A stretch of DNA of 64,000 nucleotides, from assembly GCA_964016885.1 (NCBI GenBank), contig OZ024741.1:324384001-324448000 (forward strand). The letters are read 5' to 3'. Both the position numbers and the translations under genes were made by a program. The notes under the pieces are model-generated. The model searched no databases. It was given only the letters and a program-made list of their open reading frames with translations, and was not told the DNA's origin. This DNA comes from Eledone cirrhosa. Taxonomy: Eukaryota. Shown here in pieces: positions 32,230-48,391 of the stretch. How positions within the stretch are numbered: position 1 is the first letter of the stretch; every line of letters starts with the position of its first letter.

Positions 32230-33300
32230 TTCCCGTTTGACGTGTGCGTAATTCTTTTCTTTCGCACCCTTGGTCAGGCAGGTCTCCTTTTTTTTCTCTC
32301 TCTCGTCTACGATTTCACAGAACTTATGTTTACCGAATTCACAGACTAGATTCCTTCTTCCTCCCGTTAGACCTGTACGTAATTTCTTCCTTGCTCACAT
32401 TGCAACCAGGTTTGATGGTCTTTATTCTCTCTCGTTCACGATTTCACCGAACTTATATTCATAGAAATTTGGGACTTGATTCCTTCTTCCTCACTTTTCG
32501 TTGCTTCACCATCTTTGTTTGTTTACACTCTCGTGTCCCCTTTATTTACGTGTCCCAACGACTTTTTTAGCCGTTGCTCGCACCAACCGGAGGTATATGG
32601 TCTTTAAAGCGATGAAATACCAATGATGGTTGGAAGATCACTGATGAAGGACTAACTTTATTAATATGTAACCCATTAGCAACCACGCAGCACGTTTATT
32701 CTCATATTTACACATATTTTTTTCCCTCGCTGTGACCCGTCTATTTCGTTCTTACTGCTTCCTCTTTCTCTGTATCTTTATCCTCTCTAGCAGTCACTCT
32801 CTCTGTTAGCCTATTCCTCACCCTTCACTCAATCACTCTCTGTTACTACCTCTCCTCCTCCTCCTTCTTCCCGTTTGACCTGTGCGTAATTCTTTTCTTT
32901 CGCACCCTTGGTCAGGCAGGTCTCCTTTTTTTTCTCTCTCTCGTCTACGATTTCACAGAACTTATGTTTACCGAATTCACAGACTAGATTCCTTCTTCCT
33001 CCCGTTAGACCTGTACGGAATTCCTCTCCTTGCTCACATTGCAACCAGGTTTGATGGTCTTTATTCTCTCTCGTTCACGATTTCACCGAACTTATATTCA
33101 TAGAAATTTGGGACTTGATTCCTTCTTCCTCACTTTTCGTTGCTTCACCATCTTTGTTTGTTTACACTCTCGTGTCCCCTTTATTTACGTGTCCCAACGA
33201 CTTTTTTTAGCCGTTGCTCGCACCAACCGGAGGTATATGGTCTTTAAAGCGATGAAATACCAATGATGGTTGGAAGATCACTGATGAAGGACTAACTTTA

Positions 33301-33303
<3 letters not shown>
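32230..33303. repeat. Tandem duplication, ~640-bp period (second copy ~435 bp), flanked by TA/TG microsatellites
   Basis: ttcccgtttgac.tgtgcgtaattc...ctgatgaaggactaactttatt at 32230-32662 and 32868-33302. Confidence 0.92.
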
Positions 33304-33345
<42 letters not shown>

Positions 33346-33816
33346 TTCAGAGTTAAATAAGGTTCATATGAATTATCTAAGAATGAGTTTTACACACATA
33401 TGTATATGTGTGTGTTTGTATTTGGTTGTGCGTGTTTGTGATATGTATGTGTAGCGGTTGTCTCCCTTGTTTTGGTTGGGATCTGGACGGGAGGTGGAGC
33501 CCTTTCTGCGACTTCCGGTCAGAGCCCTATAAAACTGGCGGCTTTGAGCTTCCTCTCTCTCTTTGCCTTTTCGGCACCAGGTCAAGAGTCTTCTCATTTG
33601 GCTCTGCCATTAATTTGGCCAACAGGCGCCTGGCCTTAGCCAGGCGCCCTCTGCCGGCCGCGTTTGCCTGGCAATCAAAACGGTAACTACTAACTTTGTT
33701 TCATTCTAACATCTATCTTTGACATGTCAAGTATTCTATCTACCGTTAATTAAATATTATATACACAAACATTGTCTCGTTTTGTTACATTCATACAACC
33801 AGTAATCTCGCTATAT

Positions 33817-33834
33817 TGGTGACCCCGACGTGAT
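33817..33834 (+). promoter_or_regulatory. Primer-binding site complementary to the tRNA-Trp 3' end
   Basis: TGGTGACCCCGACGTGAT is the reverse complement of ATCACGTCGGGGTCACCA, the eukaryotic tRNA-Trp 3' end as recalled. Confidence 0.85.
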
Positions 33835-34669
33835 ACGAACACGCAGCCGTTCATCGTTATAAGGGTCACCCCCCCCCCCCAAAAAAAAAAGAAAAAAATA
33901 GCACATCTGGTTTTGTGAGTAACATTACGAATACACAGCAAATTTAGCGACAAACTATGAAAATACTCAAGGACACGCACACACGCACATGTGGAATTCG
34001 CACAGACATACTTTTTCTCTCACGCATCAATTAACTGTCGCATTTCACCAATATATATATATATGTTTCTCGTTTCTTACAACGAACTCTTTCAAAACAC
34101 CAAAAAAAAAAAAGAAATTTGATATTCTTTAAAAAACATTTCAACAGGAACATTTATTTTCGATGAACCATTGCCTTTTGTTCTTCGTTTTCTTCATCGT
34201 TCAAGTTTTTTGTTTTTTTCCAAAGTTCACACCTATAATTATGCTGATTGAAGCCTTTCTTTTTCATCATTGTCACTTTCAAAATTGCACTATCATTTTC
34301 TCGCGCGTTAGAAATATTTTTTTTCAACCTTGTATTGGCACGTGTAGGCAGCATAAATTCTCGATTCACTGAGATGTCTCTTCTCACAGACAGCCGCACG
34401 CCAGAGATAGCATTTCTCCCCCAAGGATTCTTCAGCCTTAAGCTATATTCTTCTATTTGCCGGTTTATAAATTTACAATGTAAATTTACCGTTGATAACC
34501 GCGCATTTATTAAGAATGCTTATTTCTCTGGTCGCTGGCCTCTGGACCCTTCCAGATCAACGCATTCTCAACATCGACCATCAACTTCGGCTGCTATTTC
34601 TAGCACTTTGCGCAACTCATTTTTTTCTAAAAAAAAAAAATTTTTTTTACTGTGAATTTAAACACCGAA

Positions 34670-34836
34670 TACAGCAGCAACAGCAATACAGCAGCAGCAG
34701 CAACAGCAATACAGCAACAACAGCAATACAGCAGCAGCAGCAACAGCAATACAGCAGCAACAGCAATACAGCAGCAGCAACAGCAACTACAGCAGCAACA
34801 ACAGCAACAGCAGCAGCAACAGCAATACAGCAGCAG

Positions 34837-34868
<32 letters not shown>

Positions 34869-34870
34869 AC
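34670..34870. repeat. CAG/CAA/TAC-mixed trinucleotide repeat inside the LTR element
   Basis: Direct reading. Confidence 0.95.
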
Positions 34871-35632
34871 CAAAGCCAGAGAATTTATTTTTGCAGCACT
34901 CTTCCTGTGAGAAAATCCATTCGGAGGTTGGAAATTCACGATATACCACAGAACAGAGACCACCTGCATTCATTCTCTGGAACACACTTTCTTTCCTGCG
35001 GTCATGTGATTGCACACCAGTGAACTATATTTTGTACATTTGAACTTTGAGCCCTTCCCTTACTTTACTACCTTGATATCTAGCATTGATTTTTCCAAAC
35101 ATTCTTTTGTCGTAATTTTCATGCCTGTTACAACATTCTCGCCAACTTGCTACATATTTTCATTTCGATTTTTATACACTAAAATTCTGGCGGGAGGTTA
35201 TGTAGCGGTTGTCTCCCTTGTTTTGGTTGGGATCTGGACGGGAGGTGGAGCCCTTTCTGCGACTTCCGGTCAGAGCCCTATAAAACTGGCGGCTTTGAGC
35301 TTCCTCTCTCTCTTTGCCTTTTCGGCACCAGGTCAAGAGTCTTCTCATTTGGCTCTGCCATTAATTTGGCCAACAGGCGCCTGGCCTTAGCCAGGCGCCC
35401 TCTGCCGGCCGCGTTTGCCTGGCAATCAAAACGGTAACTACTAACTTTGTTTCATTCTAACATCTATCTTTGACATGTCAAGTATTCTATCTACCGTTAA
35501 TTAAATATTATATACACAAACATTGTCTCGTTTTGTTACATTCATACAACCAGTAATCTCGCTATATATGTATATGTATGTGTATAATTGTATGGCTATG
35601 TATCTATGTGTGTGTATATATATATATGTATA

Positions 35633-35681
<49 letters not shown>

Positions 35682-36106
35682 GTATATGTGTGTGTATATA
35701 TGTATATGTGTGTGTGTATGTGTATGTATTTGTGTATGCGTATGTATGTCTTTATGTATTTGTATATGTATATTTATGTGTGAAAGTGTATGTATGTATT
35801 TATTTCTACGTATGTATGTGTACGTGCATTTGTGTCTATTGCTAACCACGTGTGTTTGTTCATTTATTTGTTGAATGTATCGCTGTCAACTTTATAATAG
35901 TCTTTATTTTCTTTATTATTATATATATTTTTTCTTATATTTATTTGTGTGTGTATGTAGAGGTGTGTGTATATATTTCTATTTTTGTGTATGCGTATGT
36001 ATGCATGTATATATGTGTGTATGTATGTACGTGTGTATAAACGTATGATTGTGTGTATGTATGTATGTATATGTATGTGTGTATGGCTATGTATGTATGT
36101 GTATGC

Positions 36107-36177
<71 letters not shown>

Positions 36178-36506
36178 GTTGTATATATGTATGTATATGT
36201 ATGCATATGTTGATATTTATGTGTGTATGTATGTATGTGTATATGTATGTGTATGTATATATATACACATATATATGTGGGTGTGCGTGTGTATATATGT
36301 GTGTGTGTATGTATGTGTGTATGTATATATATATATATATATATATGTGTGTATGTATATAATTGTGTGTGTGTGTGTGTGTGTGTGTGTGATTGCATGT
36401 GTGTTTTTATTTTATTTTTCCTTTCCTCCTTCCTTCTCCAGCCTCACTTTCATATAGATTGCATTTTTGTTTTTAAAATCCAAAGTCATTAAATACGCCA
36501 GGATTT

Positions 36507-36567
36507 TTTCATTCTGATGATTGAAAGCAAAATTTTTTTGCTTTTAAGAAACCACTGGTAAATGAAA
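36507..36567 (+). ncRNA. Canonical type-I hammerhead ribozyme in a ~260-bp non-coding cassette (36400-36660) between microsatellites
   Basis: TTTCATT-CTGATGA-TTGAAAGCAAAA-TTT-TTTTGCTTTTAA-GAAA-CC-ACT-GG-TA-AATGAAA: 7-bp stem I, 12-bp stem II, GUA triplet. Confidence 0.92.
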
Positions 36568-36657
36568 TAATTGCCTTATGTTGTTTATTACATAACTATT
36601 AAGCTCTGTTACCTACATAGAGCACTCTTTCTAGCTGGACTTTTCCGACGGAATTAC

Positions 36658-36757
<100 letters not shown>

Positions 36758-36781
36758 TTTATATATTCATATATATATATT

Positions 36782-36812
<31 letters not shown>

Positions 36813-36835
36813 ATATTTTTATATATATATATATT

Positions 36836-36930
<95 letters not shown>

Positions 36931-36933
36931 ATT

Positions 36934-37042
<109 letters not shown>

Positions 37043-39029
37043 TTATATATATATATATAATATTATATATACATACAAATATATATACATACAGAGGCAC
37101 ATACAGACATATATATGTGTAGAGAGAGTGGGGGGTGAGAGGGAGAGAGAGAAAATATATTAATGTATTTGTGTGTAAATGTGAAGCGTGTTCTTTTGTG
37201 AACACACTCACACATGCATTCCCCCTTTTGGAATGAGTTATTTTGATGTGTATTGTTTGGAACGTTCTCATTTTTCCAAAGAACCTCTAATCTAATAGGA
37301 AATTTAACGAAAAAAATATATAAAATGACATAGTATATAAGAAAACAAAACTATAAATAACAATAAAACATAAAGGCTACAGAAATGATTCTTCTGTGGA
37401 TCGTGTCGTTTGTTTGAAGAAACATGGCGCACCCGGCTCGAAAGTTAAGGAAATAATTGTTTCTACTTTTGGCACAAGGCCAGCAATTACCCAGTGTATT
37501 ACTGAAGGAAATAATAAGGAAAAGAAAGCGATTGTAACTCTTGATGGAATTGTATGGGTATTTTTATATTTCCATTTTAAGCCTGGCGCACCTATTCTTT
37601 TTCGTGATCTGAACATAACCGATTTCTTTCAGCGAAAAAGAATAAACAAGAGGAAGTGAGAAGGAGGTATAGAAGATTCGATAACTCATATACTGCACTA
37701 GTAAGTTATTTATCGACCTGGAAAGAATCAAAGTCAAAGTTAACATCAATGAGCTTGAACTCGGCAAGTATTGTGCTGGAACAAATACCGAGGAATTTAA
37801 TTCGATGTCCTAATGGCGCTGCCACATTCGCCGTCTTGCATTAAAAAGTCCCTACCATAAACAAATAATTGAAGAATAACGATAGAAATAAACACGAATA
37901 CATCAATAAAATATAACGAAATTAGATGAGGTGAAATAATCTGTGTGGGCGACAGTAAAAATGATTTCGTGACCATCAGCCATGATTAAATGAAACTAAA
38001 TATTTTTAAAACTTTTATTTCCAATTAAAAAAATTCTCAGTAGGAAGGCACGAGAGTTAGAATTGATATCACACCTGAGCAGAAATATGAGGTGTCAAAA
38101 GCTTCTCAGAAGAAAAACGAATAACAAAATATAAAATATAGAACATATTTTAATAATTTTCGTTTTCGATATATGATGTGTGCAGCGAAAACATTTAATT
38201 CAAGAAATTTTCAGTTTATTAAGTGAAAACTGAATGATTGAGAGCTGAAAAGCTGAGAGATTAGGTGTAATTTAGTAACGTCGTTTAACTCATATATTAT
38301 AAATTAATGTTTGTTGCTATAGCGTTTATTAAAAAGAACTCCAACGAAGTTTTTATTTTAATATCAGAATGAGAACATTTGAATCCGCTGAGTTAAGCCA
38401 CCAGGTCGGCTTATTTTTTCTCCATAAAATCCTCACTAGATTTAAATCACTCGAAGGATGTTTTAGAGAGATTGTGGCTTTGTGACATAAAAGGAACTAT
38501 GAACAAGATCAAATGGCACGTTATGCAATGACCTCACTTCTTTAAAAGATATTTTAAGATATTCGATTTGAATATAACTGTAGATCTGTATGCAACTGGA
38601 TATAACAATCGATGTTCTGGATGAGTGTTTGTGGGGGTAAATATTATCTATCGTCCATTTTAACACAACCATCTGGTCCTCGGTTCAAAATCTAAGATTT
38701 GGAGATACCTCTTTTCTTCTACCACTAATTTGGGAGATCCTGAAAAGATTCATTATCACGGTTTTCCTGTCCTTGATTATACAGTAAAACATCTAATACA
38801 TCATTTAATGTGTACTGCCAATCTTAAAGATAATAGGGTGTTAAACGGCTACGTAGTCATTCTCGCATTGGCATGTATCATAATGTAGTTATGTAGTGTA
38901 ATAAATGAATATGCAACACAAAATATATCAGGTTTAGAAACAAAGAAAATGTATAAATATTTGATGATCGAGAAATAGATTAAGTGATGGATATGATGCA
39001 CGAGAGTGAGGGAAACGTCTGTGTGTGTG

Positions 39030-39100
<71 letters not shown>

Positions 39101-40276
39101 AGAGAAGGCGGGGGAGACACTAAAGAAATGCAGAATACGATAGTGACGAAATTATGAATCAGTTAAAAATGAAATTGTGTATTTTCTTTCTCATAACCCC
39201 TCGCTTCGAAACTGTTTATTTTTTCTTACAGAAAAAATGTGCAAATTTAATTTAGTAGTTAAAATAGGAACATCTAATAGAAATAAAATGATATAAGAAA
39301 TATTAGAAATACTAGGAATAAATGAAGTCTAAAATTGCTTACAAAATTCCATTTTATTTGAGAATTCCAAAATGTAATTTTGATTAAGGCCTCGGGCTTT
39401 ATTCAATAATAGCTCCATATCTGCAGCTTCACCTTTCTCAAATAAATACTACTTTAACTCAGCATGGCTGAGATGAAGTTTTTGAGAAGCCCAGGTTTGT
39501 AGACGGTAAGTTCTGTGATGCCCGTTAAGGCGTACGTGGCTTAGTGGTTAGAGGGATCGGTTCACGGTTGCGAATTCTATTCCTGGCGGAACTTAGTTAC
39601 CTTCAGCAAGACAATTTTTTCTTGTTACATACATCCACTCAGCTGGCAAAAATGAGTTGTATTTTTAACTTAAAAAGTTAGCCTTGTAACGCCAAATCCC
39701 ATTGAGTATTACGTTAAGGTTACACGTGTTTTCGTGGTAAGGTCGTGAGTTCGATTTTCGGCGGCGTGTTGTTCTTGAGCAAGACAATATTTCTTTATTC
39801 CTCGTTGCCTCAGTCCATACAGCGGGAAAAAGTGAGTCATGACTGTAATTTAAACCGCCAGCATTGTCACACACTGTGTGACACTCAACCTCTACGTTTA
39901 GTCTACATGTGTCTATTAAATGGTCAGCCAGACACTTGCAGGCAAGTTTCGTGAGCAGGCAGTTTCGTTGATCAAATAAATGGAATATTGCCGGAAGCGC
40001 AGCTCACCAATACAAAAGCGAGGCCCTCACTTCTCTCAATCTCGGTCGACAGCGTTCAACATAAGAAACACGGCTACCTTAGGTAATAAGACATATGCCT
40101 TCTACACACTAGATCATGTGGTTCAGAGAACGCAATAATTAATATATTCCTATCATGTAAGGATTTGGAACTGACTTTCAGGCAATAAACACTTTCAATT
40201 GGCAAGAATAACTCTTGGATACATATTCAGACACAAATACAAACGCACAAACGATAAACACACACATACACCGCTC

Positions 40277-40308
<32 letters not shown>

Positions 40309-40334
40309 TTATATATATATATATATTTATATAC

Positions 40335-40770
40335 ATGGAAAGTTATATTTAAATTGTTGGGTTACAACGAGTAAATATTTATAACTGATATAAAAACACT
40401 CAACAAGTATTTGGAGTATATTTACGATATTAAATAAATGGAAATTATATTTATAAAACCATATTTATTTCATTATATATATTTCAGGGATATCATATTA
40501 AAAATATGTTATGCTTTCTTCAGACAAAATACAATATAAACAGTCTTATAAATAGATAGATTCGACATACCTTTTCAACTTCGACTTGCATTTGAGAAGT
40601 TGATTTGGTCGAAGTTGAAAAGGTATGTCGAATCTATCTATTTATAAGACTGTTTATATTGTATTTTGTCTGAAGAAGGCATAACATATTTTTAATATGA
40701 TATCCCTGAAATATATATAATGAAATAAATATGGTTTTATAAATATAATTTCCATTTATTTAATATCGTA
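40335..40770. mobile_element. Fold-back HHR cassette: 163-bp near-perfect inverted arms (40423-40585 / 40608-40770), 22-nt spacer, in (TA)n
   Basis: Arms differ at about one position (aaagc vs aaggc); the left arm carries an extra ~90-bp tail. Confidence 0.92.
40662..40727 (+). ncRNA. Minimal type-I hammerhead (mirror copy 40466-40531, -)
   Basis: TATTTTGT-CTGAAGA-AGGCATAACATATT-TTT-AATATGATATCCCT-GAAATATATATA-ATGAAATA. Confidence 0.85.
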
Positions 40771-40772
40771 TA

Positions 40773-40814
<42 letters not shown>

Positions 40815-40832
40815 TACACATATAGATATATG

Positions 40833-43666
<2,834 letters not shown>

Positions 43667-43714
<48 letters not shown>

Positions 43715-44481
43715 GGGCGTGCATGTATATGTGTGCATGTACATGTGTATATACAGATTTATATGTTTTTAACTTGTAAAAAATCTCTAGGGATCTAATT
43801 GACATCGTATATATGTTTGAATTGTATGTATGTTTGCATACATGAATGCATACACTGAGCTTTAGATTTAATAGAATGTACAACCACAGATTCCAACTAT
43901 TTGTACTATCATATATTTTCGTTTTTTTTAGTTCCCTGGGGAATTGGTTGTCCAAATGCTTTGCTTAATTGTTTTATTTATATATAAAAAATGCTATTCT
44001 TTCTCTTAGATTTCAGCTATTTTTTGAAAGCTAAGCATTGGCCCCTAAAAAACTACAGTGTGCCCTGCAATGGTACTGTGGGCTCCTGGTATGCTACCTG
44101 GGCCCTAAAATAAGCAAATTAAATTAATTCAACAGTTAAACACATATAGGAATAATAAGGTTGTTTCCAAAGAACCAGAAGATTGACAAGTCGACCCTTA
44201 ATATGACTAATAGCTCTAGGAAAGTGATGAACGACACCACATCTTTTTAAACTTTGATTTTGAAAGTAGGTTCATAATTATTAATTTTCATTATGCTTTT
44301 GTAGTTGTCTCGGTGGCCTAGGTGGAGGAATCATAGACGGTTGTGATACTGGTCTGAAGATCGATCCTGGTCGAGAGTAGGGTTCCCGGTAAATGTTTTC
44401 AGTTTTTTTTGTGTATGTCTGTGTGTGGGGGGGGGGGTGTAAAGTAAAAACTGAAAAAGATTACATATACCTCTTAACCAA

Positions 44482-44517
<36 letters not shown>

Positions 44518-45046
44518 CATATATATGTATATAATTAAAGAAATAGGATTTAGTTTCAAGCATAGCTGTATACAGATATGTATAGAGATTTCGTATTTCT
44601 AAAGAAATACGATATGTTTACAGGGTATACATTTAGGAAGCCGTAGTTATGCAAAATACACCGGGGCTAAGGCCCTATGGTACTGTCCAGCAGAAGCAAG
44701 GGGGACAAACCTCGATGCATTTAAGATTTAACTAGTCTTCATTAGGACGATACCTCCCACAGTCAAGATAGATGAGAAACAAAACGAGGATGTAGTTTAT
44801 GGAACACCCAAATGATTTAGAAGTCGACCTTAAGTATGAGCAATAACATTACGAAAGACATGAACGACACCACATCATTTTGTTTTGCAAATTTTGAAAG
44901 TAGGTTTATAAGCATGAATTTCCATAATATTTCCGTAGTTGTCTCTGTGGCCTAACGGTAGTTACTAGAGACAGTGGAGATCATGGTGTTGGGTTCAATC
45001 CTGGTTAAGAGGTATATGTAATCTTTTTCAGTTTTTACTTTACCCC

Positions 45047-45077
<31 letters not shown>

Positions 45078-45545
45078 AGACATACACAAAAAAACTGAAA
45101 ACATTTACCGGGAACCCTACTCTCGACCAGGATCGATCTTCAGACCAGTATCACAACCGTCTATGATTCCTCCACCTAGGCCGCCGAGACAACTACAAAA
45201 GCTTAATGAGCAACTTAACAGACACGATTTTTAACTGCGGTAAGAATTTTTTTCTTATATCAAAGTTTAATGGGCTTCCACTGATGATTTATAAGCTCCC
45301 ACCTAAATATATTCTTACATGAATGTATATTAGGCTTCTACATAAACTGGAAATATTTTCCCAATTTGTAGAAAACTTATAATGAAACAATTGTTTGGAA
45401 AGAGAGATGTATTTTAACTTTAATTATATCTCATAAAATAATACAACTGGCTTTTCCACATAATACATATTGTTAGCACCCCAAACACTTAAATAGGGTT
45501 TATATTAAAATATAACCTAATGTTTGTTGAGTGAGATGGTTACCA

Positions 45546-45585
<40 letters not shown>

Positions 45586-46357
45586 GGGCGTGCATGTATA
45601 TGTGTGCATGTACATGTGTATATACAGATTTATATGTTTTTAACTTGTAAAAAATCTCTAGGGATCTAATTGACATCGTATATATGTTTGAATTGTATGT
45701 ATGTTTGCATACATGAATGCATACACTGAGCTTTAGATTTAATAGAATGTACAACCACAGATTCCAACTATTTGTACTATCATATATTTTCGTTTTTTTT
45801 AGTTCCCTGGGGAATTGGTTGTCCAAATGCTTTGCTTAATTGTTTTATTTATATATAAAAAATGCTATTCTTTCTCTTAGATTTCAGCTATTTTTTGAAA
45901 GCTAAGCATTGGCCCCTAAAAAACTACAGTGTGCCCTGCAATGGTACTGTGGGCTCCTGGTATGCTACCTGGGCCCTAAAATAAGCAAATTAAATTAATT
46001 CAACAGTTAAACACATATAGGAATAATAAGGTTGTTTCCAAAGAACCAGAAGATTGACAAGTCGACCCTTAATATGACTAATAGCTCTAGGAAAGTGATG
46101 AACGACACCACATCTTTTTAAACTTTGATTTTGAAAGTAGGTTCATAATTATTAATTTTCATTATGCTTTTGTAGTTGTCTCGGTGGCCTAGGTGGAGGA
46201 ATCATAGACGGTTGTGATACTGGTCTGAAGATCGATCCTGGTCGAGAGTAGGGTTCCCGGTAAATGTTTTCAGTTTTTTTTGTGTATGTCTGTGTGTGTG
46301 GGGGGGGGGGGGGTGTAAAGTAAAAACTGAAAAAGATTACATATACCTCTTAACCAA

Positions 46358-46393
<36 letters not shown>

Positions 46394-47435
46394 CATATAT
46401 ATGTATATAATTAAAGAAATAGGATTTAGTTTCAAGCATAGCTGTATACAGATATGTATAGAGATTTCGTATTTCTAAAGAAATACGATATGTTTACAGG
46501 GTATACATTTAGGAAGCCGTAGTTATGCAAAATACACCGGGGCTAAGGCCCTATGGTACTGTCCAGCAGAAGCAAGGGGGACAAACGTCGATGCATTTAA
46601 GATTTAACTAGTCTTCATTAGGACGATACCTCCCACAGTCAAGATAGATGAGAAACAAAACGAGGATGTAGTTTATGGAACACCCAAATGATTTAGAAGT
46701 CGACCTTAAGTATGAGCAATAACATTACGAAAGACATGAACGACACCACATCATTTTGTTTTGCAAATTTTGAAAGTAGGTTTATAAGCATGAATTTCCA
46801 TAATATTTCCGTAGTTGTCTCTGTGGCCTAACGGTAGTTACTAGAGACAGTGGAGATCATGGTGTTGGGTTCAATCCTGGTTAAGAGGTATATGTAATCT
46901 TTTTCAGTTTTTACTTTACCCCCCCCCCCCCACACACACACACACACAGACATACACAAAAAAACTGAAAACATTTACCGGGAACCCTACTCTCGACCAG
47001 GATCGATCTTCAGACCAGTATCACAACCGTCTATGATTCCTCCACCTAGGCCGCCGAGACAACTACAAAAGCTTAATGAGCAACTTAACAGACACGATTT
47101 TTAACTGCGGTAAGAATTTTTTTCTTATATCAAAGTTTAATGGGCTTCCACTGATGATTTATAAGCTCCCACCTAAATATATTCTTACATGAATGTATAT
47201 TAGGCTTCTACATAAACTGGAAATATTTTCCCAATTTGTAGAAAACTTATAATGAAACAATTGTTTGGAAAGAGAGATGTATTTTAACTTTAATTATATC
47301 TCATAAAATAATACAACTGGCTTTTCCACATAATACATATTGTTAGCACCCCAAACACTTAAATAGGGTTTATATTAAAATATAACCTAATGTTTGTTGA
47401 GTGAGATGGTTACCATATATTTTATATATATATAT
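43667..47435. repeat. ~1.87-kb tandem duplication x2, plus partial and inverted re-use of its modules up to ~48185
   Basis: 43667-45555 matches 45555-47435. 47482-47760 is an inverted copy of 47118-47414, and 47912-48185 repeats 44768-45040. Confidence 0.95.
45276..45400 (+). ncRNA. Type-I hammerhead with ~95-nt stem II domain (copies at 47146-47270 + and 47633-47734 -)
   Basis: TTCCA-CTGATGA-TTTATAAG...CTTATAAT-GAAAC-AATT-GTT-TGGAA. Confidence 0.82.
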
Positions 47436-47761
47436 ATATATTTAATACAATAACAGAGATAGTTTAAAGCTAAACTCTGACTGGTAACCATCTCACTCAA
47501 CAAACATTAGGTTATATTTTAATTTTAATATAAACCCTATTTAAGTGTTTGAGGTGCTAACAATATGTATTATGTGGAAAAGCCAGTTGTATTATTTTAT
47601 GAGATATAATTAAAGTTAAAATACATCTCTCTTTCCAAACAATTGTTTCATTATAAGTTTTCAACAAATTGGGAAAATATTTCCAGTTTATGTAAGAATA
47701 TATTTAGGTGGGAGCTTATAAATCATCAGTGGAAGCCCATTAAACTTTGATATAAGAAAAA

Positions 47762-47866
<105 letters not shown>

Positions 47867-48179
47867 ATACAATAACAGAGATAGTTTAAAGCTAAACTCT
47901 GACTGGTAACCTAGATGAGAAACAAAACGAGGATGTAGTTTATGGAACACCCAAATGATTTAGAAGTCGACCTTAAGTATGAGCAGTAACATTACGAAAG
48001 ACATGAACGACACCACATCATTTTGGTTTGCAAATTTTGAAAGTAGGTTTATAAGCATGAATTTCCATAATATTTCCGTAGTTGTCTCTGTGGCCTAACG
48101 GTAGGTACTAGAGACAGTGGAGATCATGGTGTTGGGTTCAATCCTGGTTAAGAAGTATATGTAATCTTTTTCAGTTTTT

Positions 48180-48214
<35 letters not shown>

Positions 48215-48254
48215 GTTTATATATATATATATAAATGTATATTTATATATAAGT

Positions 48255-48335
48255 AAGGAAGGAGGTGTGGTAAGGAACCAGATGTACCATAACGCACCAG
48301 AGTACTCAATACTTAGGGTAGTAGAGTGGGTAGTA
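48255..48335 (-). mobile_element. Solo PLE 3'-terminal module
   Basis: Matches 24385-24465 (gtaccataacgcaccagagtactcaatacttagggtagtagagtgggta). Confidence 0.75.
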
Positions 48336-48391
48336 GGAAAATGCAAACATTTTCCTATATATATAAGTATATATATATATATATTTACATA

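Larger units (their letters stand above)
33450..35566 (+). mobile_element. Non-autonomous LTR retrotransposon (Gypsy-like ends), 366-bp LTRs at 33450-33815 and 35201-35566
   Basis: LTRs look identical by eye, with TGTAGCG...CGCTATA termini. PBS TGGTGACCCCGACGTGAT at 33817-33834; purine-rich tract ggcgggagg before the 3' LTR; 4-bp TSD TATG at 33446-33449 and 35567-35570. No gag/pol motifs inside. Confidence 0.93.

Noticed and set aside
32600-32660. CTGATGAAGGAC preceded by a TGAT/ATCA hairpin and GAAATA (also at ~33281), possible type-II hammerhead
   Set aside because: No downstream GAAA, and the upstream GAAA lacks a proper stem III and NUH site; a complete fold could not be built.
44300-45010. 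tRNA genes at the gtggcctaggtgg and gtggcctaacgg A/B-box-like segments
   Set aside because: No cloverleaf could be formed; treated as SINE-like heads.
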